In this document: positions 45,054-54,520 of the stretch, piece after piece
Layout: each line of letters opens with the position of its first letter
Numbering within the stretch: position 1 is the stretch's first letter
Assembly (NCBI GenBank): GCA_016182385.1
Contig: JACPGV010000004.1
Location: forward strand, 1 to 54,978
Length of the DNA: 54,978 nucleotides
From: Candidatus Moraniibacteriota bacterium
GTDB lineage: Bacteria > Patescibacteriota > Minisyncoccia > Moranbacterales > UBA1568
Direction of reading: 5' to 3'
Translations under genes and position numbers: made by a program
The notes under the pieces: generated by a model
Told to the model about the DNA's origin: nothing
The model's database searches: none
The model's input: only the letters and a program-made list of their open reading frames with translations

Positions 45054-46320
45054 ATTTAAAATGTTTGGTCATACCAACCGAAAGCAGCAGCAAAAAAACC
45101 GGGAGAACGTGCACTGAAAAAAGAACCGTTTCAAAAAAAGAATGTGTGGCAAAAGAAAAGAGGGCCGTTAGAACGCCTAAATATAGCATATTTTTCTCAT
45201 AGAGCCATCTTTTCCAAATAACTCTCGCCACCACCAAAAAAAGACCGGCAAACAACGCCACGCCTACGAATCCTGTTTCCACAATAATATCCAAATAAAG
45301 ATTATGGACATAAATAGGTTCTCGATACGTGGCGGTCGGCTTTACCGCTAAAGGATAATTTCCCAGGCCCGTTCCCAAAACGGGATGCTCGAAAAAAAAT
45401 ACTCCCGCCTCTCTCCAGAGGCGCACCCGTTCACTATTTGAAGTATCATCAGGAGAGAAACTGCTCAAAAAACGTGTGCCCGCCGGACTCAAGAAAAAAA
45501 GAAAAGAAAAAACGCAGCAGGAAACTATGCCGAAAAAAATAGTTTTTCGAATCTGCATGGTTGTTATCAAAAAAAGAACAAAAAAAACAATCGCGCCAAC
45601 AAACAATCCTCCATATCCTCCACGAGAGAAGGTAAGTATATCAGCAAATAACAGAATGCCCGCCCACCAAAAAAATTTTTTTCGCTTTTCTTCTGGGCAT
45701 TCATTCATAAGACCCAGCGTAACAAAAAACGCCATAGTAAAAAAGAACGCAGCTACGTGAGGGTCGGGGAAGGGTCCCGCTGCTCGAAAAATCGTCTCGC
45801 CTCCTATATTTACCAAAAGGCTGGGGTATGTCGCTACCGCCGCGCCAAATCCTTGCCCGAGAAAAAAAGGTGTCACATTTTTTATCCAAAAAGCAAACAG
45901 TGTTTCAACACCAAAAAAGAATTGCAAGAAAAACTGCACGAGTGCCAAACAAGCAGCAAGAAACGCGCCAAAAGAAAAGGCTTCAAAAAGAATCCTTTCC
46001 TGTTTTTTTTCTCTCAACAAAGAAACAAAAACAAACAGGAGGGGAAGAAACGAACAAAGAAACAATCCTTTTCGCAGAGACCATTCTTTATTATCAGCCC
46101 ACGTTATAGAAAAAAGCTCCCAAAGAAAAAATGCGAGAAAAAAGAATAATTGTGTTGGTTTTGGCAAAAAAATTTTTTTCTGGAAAAAGCCTCTCGCAAG
46201 CCAAAAAAGAAAAATACATACAGCGGCTATACGAATAAGCGCCAAATCAACCGTTGGCGTCGGTTCAAGCGCGAACTGAAAAGGAAGGATAATAAAAAAA
46301 ATTGTTGCTATCTTTATCAT
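45043..46320 (-). CDS. O-antigen ligase / Wzy-like membrane protein
   Basis: 425 aa, polytopic. GTGLGNYPLAV ... VHNLYLDIIVETGFVG is a Wzy_C-like motif. Confidence 0.7.
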   Translation of the reverse strand: MIKIATIFFIILPFQFALEPTPTVDLALIRIAAVCIFLFWLARGFFQKKIFLPKPTQLFFFLAFFLWELFSITWADNKEWSLRKGLFLCSFLPLLFVFVSLLREKKQERILFEAFSFGAFLAACLALVQFFLQFFFGVETLFAFWIKNVTPFFLGQGFGAAVATYPSLLVNIGGETIFRAAGPFPDPHVAAFFFTMAFFVTLGLMNECPEEKRKKFFWWAGILLFADILTFSRGGYGGLFVGAIVFFVLFLITTMQIRKTIFFGIVSCCVFSFLFFLSPAGTRFLSSFSPDDTSNSERVRLWREAGVFFFEHPVLGTGLGNYPLAVKPTATYREPIYVHNLYLDIIVETGFVGVALFAGLFLVVARVIWKRWLYEKNMLYLGVLTALFSFATHSFFETVLFSVHVLPVFLLLLSVGMTKHFKYES

Positions 46321-47132
46321 GTCTTTTTATTCTTCCCACAAAGTCTCTGTAAACACACAAGAAGCCCGCTCTCCAATCGAGGTCGGTGTTTTTGAAAGTA
46401 TTTTCTTTGTGAAACAAAATAATGCTTTTTTTGCGTGCTCGCCGAAGAAAAGCTCTTTCCTCCGGAATGAAGAAAGGTTCTGTTTTCATCACAACCAATC
46501 AAAAATCCTTTTTGTGAAACAGCATAACACAAGTCAATATCTTCAAAATACAAAAAAAAGCGCTCATCAAAACCGCCGGTCGCAACAAAAACCTCCTTTC
46601 GAATAAAAAGTGCCGCGCCACTCACCCAATCAAAAAAACTAACATTTTCTTTTTTCTTTTTATCCTCCCTCTGTTTAAAAATGCCACTTTTTATATTGTT
46701 TTTTGCTAATTGCCAAAGCGTTGGATATCTTCCTTTGCTCCACGGCTCCGTCTCGCCTTTTTCATTGACAAGCTTTCCTCCTATCACTCCCACCAGTGAC
46801 TGTTTATCAAAAGTGTCCTTTATGGAGGAAAGAGTCGGTTGCAACCAGAGAATATCTGGGTTCACACAGCCCAAAATGTCCGCTCGTGCGTAGCTCGCGG
46901 CCCTGTTGATTGCCGCGCCAAAACCCGTATTATCCGTATTTTCAATAACTTGTAGTGGGTATTGTGCAGAAAGCGCTCGCAAAGCCTCTTTTTCTTTCTT
47001 ATCATTATTTACGATAAACACCTCAAACATCTCTCGCGGTTCATATTGAAAAAGACTTCTCAAAGACGCGCCGAGATATTTGACACTTTCATAATTAACA
47101 AAAATGAGGCTAAAGCTTGGTTTTGATTCCAT
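46317..47132 (-). CDS. glycosyltransferase family 2
   Basis: FSLIFVNYES ... IVNNDKKEKE ... GFGAAINRA ... NPDI (DxD-type GT-A features). I prefer the start at the ATG at 47132 (MESKPSF); the track start is 47180. Confidence 0.75.
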   Translation of the reverse strand: MESKPSFSLIFVNYESVKYLGASLRSLFQYEPREMFEVFIVNNDKKEKEALRALSAQYPLQVIENTDNTGFGAAINRAASYARADILGCVNPDILWLQPTLSSIKDTFDKQSLVGVIGGKLVNEKGETEPWSKGRYPTLWQLAKNNIKSGIFKQREDKKKKENVSFFDWVSGAALFIRKEVFVATGGFDERFFLYFEDIDLCYAVSQKGFLIGCDENRTFLHSGGKSFSSASTQKKHYFVSQRKYFQKHRPRLESGLLVCLQRLCGKNKKT

Positions 47133-47985
47133 GAAAATACTGCCTGTACGCCGCCTGAGCCTGTGCGAGAACCAAGTCACGCGGAAACAGCATTTTTAAA
47201 AAAATATTCTTTACTCTCCGCATTGTACCATGAAGAAAAAAATATGGTTTTTGCCACCAAAAAGCGTTTTTTTGAAAAAAAAGTAAACCAGATAAAATAA
47301 GATAGTATACCTTTTGTGGATTCTGCCGACTTACTTCACGATGCCAGACTATCGCTTTTGGCACCACCAAAGAAAGAAACCCTCCTTGCTTCGCGCGATA
47401 AGAAAGATCGGCGTCCTCATAATACAGAAAAAAGCGCTCATCAAAAAACCCTTGCCGATCCGTAAACTCCTTACGAACAAGGAGGGCACAGCCCGTTACA
47501 AATTCACTCATAAAAAACTCTTCCGTTCGCTCTTTTTTTGTCGGAACAACGTGTCTTGTTTTCATTCGCCAAAAATCAAAAACTCCCTTCCCGAACCAGA
47601 GCGCCCCATTTTCAGTATAGATTGTTGGGCTTATAAGCGCATTTCTCTCATCCTTTTCACCACTCTCTACGAGGCGCTTCAAGGCAAACGGATCTACGGT
47701 AGCATCATTATTTACAATCCAGCACCACCTTGCCCCGCGCGCAAAAGCATACCGCATTCCTTTATTGGCCGCCTTGGCAAATCCTTCATTTGTCTCATTC
47801 CGTAAAAATACTCCTTCGGAAAAATTTTCTTTTGCCAAAGAAAAGGATTGGTCTGTAGAAGCATTATCAACAATAATTATTTGTTTTTCAGAATATTCAA
47901 GAGAAAAAAGAGAAGAAAGGCACGCCAAGAAATCCTGGCCGCCATTATAATTAACAACAATAATCCCAACACGCGGGCTTTTCAT
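47110..47985 (-). CDS. glycosyltransferase family 2
   Basis: 291 aa. VGIIVVNYNG ... IIIVDNASTD ... GFAKAANKG ... NNDA are typical GT2 motifs. Confidence 0.8.
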   Translation of the reverse strand: MKSPRVGIIVVNYNGGQDFLACLSSLFSLEYSEKQIIIVDNASTDQSFSLAKENFSEGVFLRNETNEGFAKAANKGMRYAFARGARWCWIVNNDATVDPFALKRLVESGEKDERNALISPTIYTENGALWFGKGVFDFWRMKTRHVVPTKKERTEEFFMSEFVTGCALLVRKEFTDRQGFFDERFFLYYEDADLSYRAKQGGFLSLVVPKAIVWHREVSRQNPQKVYYLILSGLLFFQKNAFWWQKPYFFLHGTMRRVKNIFLKMLFPRDLVLAQAQAAYRQYFHGIKTKL

Positions 47986-47995
47986 GGTTTTCTCT

Positions 47996-49450
47996 CTAAG
48001 AAATTGGCGTCTCTACACCAACAACCATTTTCTCTCTTCGTGAAAAAAGACTACGCACTTCATGAATAGTTACTGCCTTCGTAAGCCATAAGAAAAAAAG
48101 ATACGAAAACACCCCGACAAAGCCCGCGAAAAAAAACGGGACTGCCTTCACCAAAAAAAGAACCCCTGCCATCGCGCAACCAGAAAAAATTACTCTACTT
48201 ATATGGTGCCAGGAAGGCGTATATTCCACATATTTCTTCGCAAGCCACCACGTGAGAAAAACAACAAACGCTTCCGTAATCACCGATACAGTGGCGGCCC
48301 CCATATAAGAAAACTCTCGAATGAAAACACTGTTGAGAATAATATTTACCGTTGCCGCCAAAAAAAGCGTCTGCATGAGTTTTTTTTGCGCATTTCCCGC
48401 CACCAAAATCATTGTAAAGAAATGCCCAAAAAATATGCACGCCAAAGAGAAAACAAGTACTTGAAGTACCGGTGCAGATGCCTCAAACCCGCCACCGCCT
48501 ACTATGGAAACAATGTCTTTCGCCAAAAAAACCGTCCCCACAACAAGCGGGGTAACAATAATAAAGAAAACACGAAACGTGGTGTTTGCAATATCTCGAA
48601 AGCGCTCTTTTTGCGTAAAAATATATTTTGAAAGGAGTGGAAGAATCAGTCCTGCAAGCATCGCCGGAAAAAAAATAAGGTTTTCCATTATTTTATAGGC
48701 CACATTATAAATACCAACTTCCGCGCTTGATCGAAGAAGTGAGAGAAGGATCGTGTCCATCTTAAAATACGCGAAAGAAATAATAGCCGTCACGCCAATC
48801 GGCCATGATAAGCCTAAAAAGTGCCTCCAGTATTCCTTATCAAAATGGGGGGCAAAACGAATAAACCGCCGACTGAGAAAAAATATAAAAACAGCATTAA
48901 AAGAAAGCGCGGCTACAAGCGTTGCTGCTATTGGCAAAAATCCGAGATCCGCCTTTACAATTATCAAAACGAGCCCGACTTGTAAAAGCTTCCCAAAAAA
49001 CTCTACCAGCGCCACCTTATCCATCGCCAAACGCTTCTGAAAAATACCATTCAAAAAAAGAGATGTCGTAGAAAAAAGAATGGCCAAGGCCGCGAAAGAA
49101 ATCCCTATCTTTACATCATCTGGGTATTGAAAAAAGAAGATGAGGGCTGGCGAAAGACAGACAACAAAAAAAGAAGCTGCTAGCCGAAGAGAAAACACGC
49201 TCGAGAGAATTTTCTTTTCATCCGCCCCCTCTCGAGAAATTTCCCTTGCGGTAATCGCGCTTATCCCAAGATCTGCCAGTGCCGAGAAAAAGGCAAAAAA
49301 AGCTAAAATAGTTGAATAATCACCAAATCCGTCTGGTCCCAAATAGCCCGTTATCAGACGAATGGAAAACAAAGAAAGAACCACCGTTGAAAACACCTTG
49401 AGAAAGGAATTTAAAACGACATTGTACGCTATCTTTCTCGCAACAGCCAT
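47996..49450 (-). CDS. polysaccharide flippase (Wzx / MOP superfamily)
   Basis: About 484 aa with 12 or more hydrophobic helices, in a glycan cluster. I prefer the start at the ATG at 49450 (MAVARKIAYN), just after the jag stop. Confidence 0.7.
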   Translation of the reverse strand: MAVARKIAYNVVLNSFLKVFSTVVLSLFSIRLITGYLGPDGFGDYSTILAFFAFFSALADLGISAITAREISREGADEKKILSSVFSLRLAASFFVVCLSPALIFFFQYPDDVKIGISFAALAILFSTTSLFLNGIFQKRLAMDKVALVEFFGKLLQVGLVLIIVKADLGFLPIAATLVAALSFNAVFIFFLSRRFIRFAPHFDKEYWRHFLGLSWPIGVTAIISFAYFKMDTILLSLLRSSAEVGIYNVAYKIMENLIFFPAMLAGLILPLLSKYIFTQKERFRDIANTTFRVFFIIVTPLVVGTVFLAKDIVSIVGGGGFEASAPVLQVLVFSLACIFFGHFFTMILVAGNAQKKLMQTLFLAATVNIILNSVFIREFSYMGAATVSVITEAFVVFLTWWLAKKYVEYTPSWHHISRVIFSGCAMAGVLFLVKAVPFFFAGFVGVFSYLFFLWLTKAVTIHEVRSLFSRREKMVVGVETPIS

Positions 49451-49454
49451 GATT

Positions 49455-49943
49455 TTATTCCGTTGACTGAACAATGAGTTCTGGTTTTGGACGAACCATA
49501 ACCTTTCGCTCATCACCCTTTCCAACGCTTTCTGTTATTATGTTTGGGTTTTTTGAAAGAAAAAAGTGAACAATTTTTCGCTCATGCGGGAGCATCGGTC
49601 GCAGAGCAACGGAAATCTTGTCCTGTAAAGCCTCTGCAGCGGCCTTTTCCGCCTCTTTTTCGATGACAGCCCTCTTCTCAAAAAAATAATCGTTCACATC
49701 AACAACGATCATAATTTTATCATCAATTTTCTTTCGTAAAAGCGCTCGTACGAGATGTTGAATAGCTGACAAGTTCACGCCATGCTGACCAATAAGAAGA
49801 TTTTGATCTTTTTCCAATCGAATCATGCACTCATACTCCTCTTCATTCTCTTTGCGGCTTATTTCAATCGTCGCTAAAAAATCCATCTTTGCGAGAAGGC
49901 TCTCGATCGTCTCTCTGATTATCTGCTCGTGTTGCTTTTCCAT
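49455..49943 (-). CDS. jag: Jag-like KH/R3H RNA-binding protein
   Basis: 162 aa. KH-like LLIGQHGVNLSAIQHL and R3H-like MLPHERKIVHFFL. Located downstream of yidC. Confidence 0.7.
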   Translation of the reverse strand: MEKQHEQIIRETIESLLAKMDFLATIEISRKENEEEYECMIRLEKDQNLLIGQHGVNLSAIQHLVRALLRKKIDDKIMIVVDVNDYFFEKRAVIEKEAEKAAAEALQDKISVALRPMLPHERKIVHFFLSKNPNIITESVGKGDERKVMVRPKPELIVQSTE

Positions 49944-49946
49944 ATA

Positions 49947-50669
49947 TTATTTCTCTTCTTTCGGTTTAAAGATAAACATCTGCTGAAAAATCATAAAAAG
50001 CGTTGAAACAAACCAATAAAGTGAAAGGGCTGCTGGAAAAGTAACGCCAATAAAAAAAGTCAGAGCTGGTCCTAAATAAAGCATCTGCTTATTCATTATA
50101 GCGGCAAAATCATTATCCGTTGAGCCTATCTTTACTAATTTTTGACTCTGAAAAAGCATCTTTGTTTGATAGTATTGTGCGATTGCTGAAAAAACAGCTA
50201 AAACATAGTTCGGTGTTGTCAAATCAACGAAGTGTAAAAAAAGATGATTGATCGGCCCCGGATCAGCTACAAAAGCATATAGATCCGTCGATTGAATCAC
50301 AAACCCGGCCTCAGAAATATTAATAATCACTCGGTAGATGGCGATAAGAAAAACGAGTTGAATAATAAGCGGGAGACATCCGGAAAAAGGATTTACCTTA
50401 TTTTCTTTATAAAAATCCATTAACGCTCGCGTCTGTTTTTCTTTATCGTTTTTATGTTTTTGCTGAATTTCCTTTATTTTCGGCTGTAATTCTTGCATTT
50501 TCTTTTGAGAAGCTATTTGTTTTGCTGATAACGGGATAAGAACAAATTTTAAAACAATAGTCGTGAGAATAATAGCTATACCAAAATCTTTCCCCGGTAT
50601 GGTGTTATAGAAAAAAATCAGCGTATTATAAAGAGGGTGATATACGGCCGCATCAAAAATCTCCATCAT
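49947..50669 (-). CDS. yidC: membrane protein insertase YidC (short form)
   Basis: 240 aa. KMQELQPKIKEIQQKHKNDKEKQ ... NPFSGCLPLIIQL is a typical YidC/Oxa1 core. Confidence 0.9.
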   Translation of the reverse strand: MMEIFDAAVYHPLYNTLIFFYNTIPGKDFGIAIILTTIVLKFVLIPLSAKQIASQKKMQELQPKIKEIQQKHKNDKEKQTRALMDFYKENKVNPFSGCLPLIIQLVFLIAIYRVIINISEAGFVIQSTDLYAFVADPGPINHLFLHFVDLTTPNYVLAVFSAIAQYYQTKMLFQSQKLVKIGSTDNDFAAIMNKQMLYLGPALTFFIGVTFPAALSLYWFVSTLFMIFQQMFIFKPKEEK

Positions 50670-50675
50670 AGTTTT

Positions 50676-51005
50676 TTATACTATTTTTTTAAGTATTTCT
50701 TCTATTAAGTATACTACATTCTCTCTTTTTATGTTTTTTGCCTTTTTAAAGCAAAAAAATACCATATCTCCTCCCTGTGGCCATATCTTTTTTTTCTCTA
50801 AGAGTACTCCCATAATCATCCTTTTTACTTTATTGCGCTTTGTAGCTAAAGCAATATATTTTTTACCAAAAGAAAACCCTACACGAAAAGCTTTTTCATG
50901 AAAAAAGTATCGGCATCCTAAATCTCCAAAAAAAAGAGGTTTGCCGTGACGGAAAACTCTCTCAAAATCCTCTTTTTTCTTTAGGCGTGAGCTTTTTTTT
51001 AGCAT
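50676..51005 (-). CDS. rnpA: ribonuclease P protein component
   Basis: 109 aa. LKKKEDFERVFRHGK ... ATKRNKVKR. Position between rpmH and yidC. Confidence 0.85.
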   Translation of the reverse strand: MLKKSSRLKKKEDFERVFRHGKPLFFGDLGCRYFFHEKAFRVGFSFGKKYIALATKRNKVKRMIMGVLLEKKKIWPQGGDMVFFCFKKAKNIKRENVVYLIEEILKKIV

Positions 51006-51027
51006 ACTCTAGCCTTTTTACTCATTT

Positions 51028-51165
51028 TTATACCGTAAGTCGTTTTCTTCCTTGTCTTCGTCGACGAGCCACAACTTTTTTTCCGCCAACCGTGCTCATC
51101 CGCTCCAAAAAACCATGACGTCGCGTGCGTTTTCTTGTTTTTGGCTGATATGTTCTTTTTGGCAT
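51028..51165 (-). CDS. rpmH: 50S ribosomal protein L34
   Basis: Not in the ORF track because it is under 60 aa. My translation of the minus strand is [45 protein letters not shown], 45 aa, the canonical L34 pattern. Confidence 0.9.
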   Translation of the reverse strand: MPKRTYQPKTRKRTRRHGFLERMSTVGGKKVVARRRRQGRKRLTV

Positions 51166-51268
51166 ACACTAAAAATTTATATAATTTACCATTATCAAAG
51201 CGTTTCTTTAGTGTATCAGTATTTATAAAAAAGTCAATATTGAAGCCTTTTATTAAGTTATGCACGGC

Positions 51269-51277
51269 TTATCCACC
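51269..51277 (+). promoter_or_regulatory. DnaA box upstream of dnaA
   Basis: TTATCCACC, 8 of 9 matches to TTATCCACA, in the rpmH-dnaA intergenic region. Confidence 0.5.
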
Positions 51278-51350
51278 CTTTATAAACTTTTTGATTATAG
51301 ACCCATTATTTCAGTGGTGTTATAATACATTTCACTGTTTTATACACCCT

Positions 51351-52784
51351 ATGACCAACGAAGAATTGTGGCGGGCTGTCCTTGGCCAAATCGAGCTTTC
51401 TATCTCAAAAGCAAACTTTATTACTTGGTTTAAAAATACCAGCATCCTTAATAATCAGGATGGTTGTGTTGTTATAGGCGTACCAAATGGTTTTGCTAAA
51501 GAGTGGCTTGAAAATAAGTATAATCTCTACATTCTTCGTGCCTTAAAAAGTTTTGATACCACTATTCATACCATACGCTGTGTTATATCTCAGGAAAAAA
51601 TTTCTCACCCAGCAATTCAAACCGTCGATGGTGTAAAAAATATTGACGCCATCCAAGCACCAGAACAAAGTGGTTTTACAAGAAAAAAAATTCTTGAAAA
51701 ACCGTCTTTTGGAGCTCAAATAAGCCATAATACTACATTCCACGAAACAAACCTGCATAGTCGCTATACTTTTGAAAATTTTATTGTTGCTGAAAACAAC
51801 GAACTCGCCCGTGCCGCCTGTTATGCCGTTTCTCAAAACCTCGGCTTGGTTTATAACCCTCTTTTTATTTATGGAGGCGTCGGTCTAGGAAAAACCCACC
51901 TTCTTCAGTCTATTGGAAATGAAGTAATGAAAAATTTTCCAGAAAAAAGAATAAAATATATCAATTCTGAGCGTTTTACTACGGAGCTTGTTGATTCAAT
52001 AAAAAATCAAAAAATTGATAAGTTTAAAGAGTATTATCAACAAATGGATCTTCTAATAATTGATGACGTTCAGTTTCTTTCTGGGAGAGAAAAAACCCAA
52101 AATGAGTTTTTTCATATTTTTAACGCACTTTATCAACTTGATAAACAAATTGTTATTTCCAGCGATCGCCCTCCCAAAGCCATCCCTACTCTCGAGGACC
52201 GCCTCCGCTCTCGCTTTGAGGGAGGGATGATTGTTGATATTAGTCGTCCAAACCTTGAAACAAGAATTGCTATTTTGGAATCAAAAATTCTTGAAAAGGG
52301 TGTCGTTCTTGATAAGGCCTCTCTTCATTTTATTGCTGAACATATAACCCAAAACATTCGAGAGCTTGAGGGCGCCTTAAACCGTGTTCTTGCTTTTTCA
52401 GAATTTCATAAAGTTCCCGCCTCCTTAGAAAACACTAAAAAAATACTCTCTCAACTTATAGAAAACAATAAAAAAAATATTAAATCGGATGATGTTTTTT
52501 CTGTTATTTGCTCCTTTTATGATCTTCAAAAAGAGGATTTAATTAAAAAAGGAAGAAAAAAAGAAATTGTTCATCCGCGACAAGTGATGATGTATCTTCT
52601 TCGCACAGAGCTTGAAATGCCTTTCTCTACTATCGGAGATCTTCTTGGTGGTCGTGATCACACAACCGTTCTTCATGCTTTTGAAAAAATTGAAAAAAAT
52701 AAAAATATCCACTCCCGTTTAAAAGAAGAACTCTCTTCTCTTTTGGAACGACTTTACTATTCTTCTGTGGATACCACTGTATAA
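51351..52784 (+). CDS. dnaA: chromosomal replication initiator DnaA
   Basis: Start at the ATG at 51351 (MTNEELWRAVLGQIE). Walker A GGVGLGKTHL, Walker B LLIIDDVQF, C-terminal DNA-binding GGRDHTTVLHA. The track start at 51135 adds 72 implausible residues. Confidence 0.92.
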   Translation: MTNEELWRAVLGQIELSISKANFITWFKNTSILNNQDGCVVIGVPNGFAKEWLENKYNLYILRALKSFDTTIHTIRCVISQEKISHPAIQTVDGVKNIDAIQAPEQSGFTRKKILEKPSFGAQISHNTTFHETNLHSRYTFENFIVAENNELARAACYAVSQNLGLVYNPLFIYGGVGLGKTHLLQSIGNEVMKNFPEKRIKYINSERFTTELVDSIKNQKIDKFKEYYQQMDLLIIDDVQFLSGREKTQNEFFHIFNALYQLDKQIVISSDRPPKAIPTLEDRLRSRFEGGMIVDISRPNLETRIAILESKILEKGVVLDKASLHFIAEHITQNIRELEGALNRVLAFSEFHKVPASLENTKKILSQLIENNKKNIKSDDVFSVICSFYDLQKEDLIKKGRKKEIVHPRQVMMYLLRTELEMPFSTIGDLLGGRDHTTVLHAFEKIEKNKNIHSRLKEELSSLLERLYYSSVDTTV

Positions 52785-52999
52785 ACGTCTTCTTTTATGA
52801 ATAACTTCTTAATAAAAAAATATTTATGTGTATATTTTTATAGTTTTTTATAAAATACGCTTTTTTTAAAAAAAATATTTTCTCTTATTTTAAAAAAAAC
52901 GCATAAAAAACCTCTTCGTAAAAAGAAAAACACCACTTATCCAAATATCCACACCTCTAATGATAATAATAGTTATAAATATATAAGATATTACTTATT
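52785..52999. promoter_or_regulatory. candidate oriC (dnaA-dnaN intergenic, AT-rich with DnaA boxes)
   Basis: Very AT-rich tract at about 52800-52920. Boxes TTATCCAAA (52937-52945) and ATATCCACA (52945-52953). A further inverted box, TGTGGATAC (52766-52774), lies at the dnaA 3' end. Confidence 0.55.
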
Positions 53000-54154
53000 A
53001 TGAAACTCTTTTGCACTCAAGAAAATCTTCAAAGAATTCTTTCTTATTTAGAACGAGTTACCGGAAGACAAACATCCCTTCCTATTCTTAGTAATGTTCT
53101 TTTTGAAACAGAAAAAGGACAATTAAAAATTTCTGCTACAAATTTGGAAATAGGGGTAATTTCTTGTATTGGTGGAAAGATAGAAAAAGAAGGGCGCGTT
53201 GCTGTACCCGCAAAACTTCTTGCAAATTTTATTTACAATATCCCACAAGGAGAGGTTTTAGAAATAGAAAGTGATGAAAAAAACACCCTTCATATTTCTA
53301 CCCCCTCTTACCAAATGAAGATGAAGGGTTTAGATGGAAAAGATTTTCCAATTATTCCTCAATATAAAGAGAGTTACCCTTTATCTTTTTCTGCACAACA
53401 ATTTAAAAATAGTATCACAAAGCTTTTATCTTGTGTGAGTACAAATACAAGCAGGATCGAACTAACAGGAGTGCATATTCTTTTTTTTGAAAATAATTTT
53501 TATGTGGCGGCGACAGATAGTTTTCGTTTGGCGGAAGAAAAAATACCCTTCTCTCTTCTACAAGAGACCTATAAAGAGACTCTTTTAAAAAATGACTCCT
53601 GTATTATTCCAGCAAATACACTCCAAGAAATACTTCGTGTTATCACCCCCGAAACAGAACAGGTTTTTATGGTTGTACAAGAGGGACAATTATTTTTTGA
53701 AATTGATGGCGTTCAGGTAATTTCAAGAATAATTAATGGTAAATATCCAGACTATAAACAAATTATTCCCAAAAACTTTTCTTTTTCTGGTGTTTTGTTA
53801 AAAAATGATTTTCAAAGAGCTTTAAAAATAGCAAGCACTTTTTCTTCTTATAACGCCAATGAAATAACTCTTTCTTTTTTTCCTCAAGAAAAACACTGTG
53901 TAATAACATCACAATCACAAGAAATTGGTGAAAATAAAACCACAATACCAATAGAGGTATCACAAGGAGCCACACCACTAACCATGACGTTTAATGTGAA
54001 ATATATTCTTGATGGGGTAAATACAATAGAAGGAGAAACAATTGTTTTTTCAGCAAATACTCCGCAGACACCCATTGCCCTACAAGGGTGGAACACAGAG
54101 AAAAAAGAAAAGAAAGAGGAAGCGGTATATATCGTGATGCCGATACGAAAATAA
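53000..54154 (+). CDS. dnaN: DNA polymerase III beta sliding clamp
   Basis: 384 aa. Three-domain clamp pattern (ILSNVLFETEKGQLKISATNLE ... ATDSFRLAE ... YPDYKQIIP). Follows dnaA. Confidence 0.9.
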   Translation: MKLFCTQENLQRILSYLERVTGRQTSLPILSNVLFETEKGQLKISATNLEIGVISCIGGKIEKEGRVAVPAKLLANFIYNIPQGEVLEIESDEKNTLHISTPSYQMKMKGLDGKDFPIIPQYKESYPLSFSAQQFKNSITKLLSCVSTNTSRIELTGVHILFFENNFYVAATDSFRLAEEKIPFSLLQETYKETLLKNDSCIIPANTLQEILRVITPETEQVFMVVQEGQLFFEIDGVQVISRIINGKYPDYKQIIPKNFSFSGVLLKNDFQRALKIASTFSSYNANEITLSFFPQEKHCVITSQSQEIGENKTTIPIEVSQGATPLTMTFNVKYILDGVNTIEGETIVFSANTPQTPIALQGWNTEKKEKKEEAVYIVMPIRK

Positions 54155-54158
54155 TTTT

Positions 54159-54446
54159 ATGCAAACATTAAAAAACCTTCTTCCTAAAAAAAGAGAAAAG
54201 GTTTTAGGTGATGTTGATGAAAAAACCATTTTATATATTACAAAAAAAATTCTTACCGAAGAATATGGTTTACGGGGAGCGGAAAATATTTTTCCTACAA
54301 CATACCGAAATAAAAAAGTGTTTCTTTTGGTGAAAAACTCTCTCTGGATGAATGAGGTGTTTCTTTGTAGGGAGAGTATACAAAAAAGAATTAATCTTCT
54401 TCTCGGAGAAGAATGTATTTGTGGAATAATAATAAAACACCAATAG
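54159..54446 (+). CDS. DUF721 / DciA-like protein
   Basis: 95 aa directly after dnaN. The C-terminal pattern KKVFLLVKNSLWMNEVFLCRESIQKRINLLLG resembles DUF721 (..L.V.V.SS.W..EL......I...L). Confidence 0.5.
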   Translation: MQTLKNLLPKKREKVLGDVDEKTILYITKKILTEEYGLRGAENIFPTTYRNKKVFLLVKNSLWMNEVFLCRESIQKRINLLLGEECICGIIIKHQ

Positions 54447-54520
54447 TTCTTTTTAGTGTCGTACAGAAAGAGAAGAAAAGAACAAGCAACGAAATAAAAA
54501 ACAAAAAAGGAAAGAGATTT

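Noticed and set aside
51135-51350. Track start for dnaA, adding 72 N-terminal residues
   Set aside because: The extension is hydrophobic and low-complexity, and it overlaps rpmH and the promoter/DnaA-box region. The conserved DnaA N-terminus begins at the ATG at 51351.
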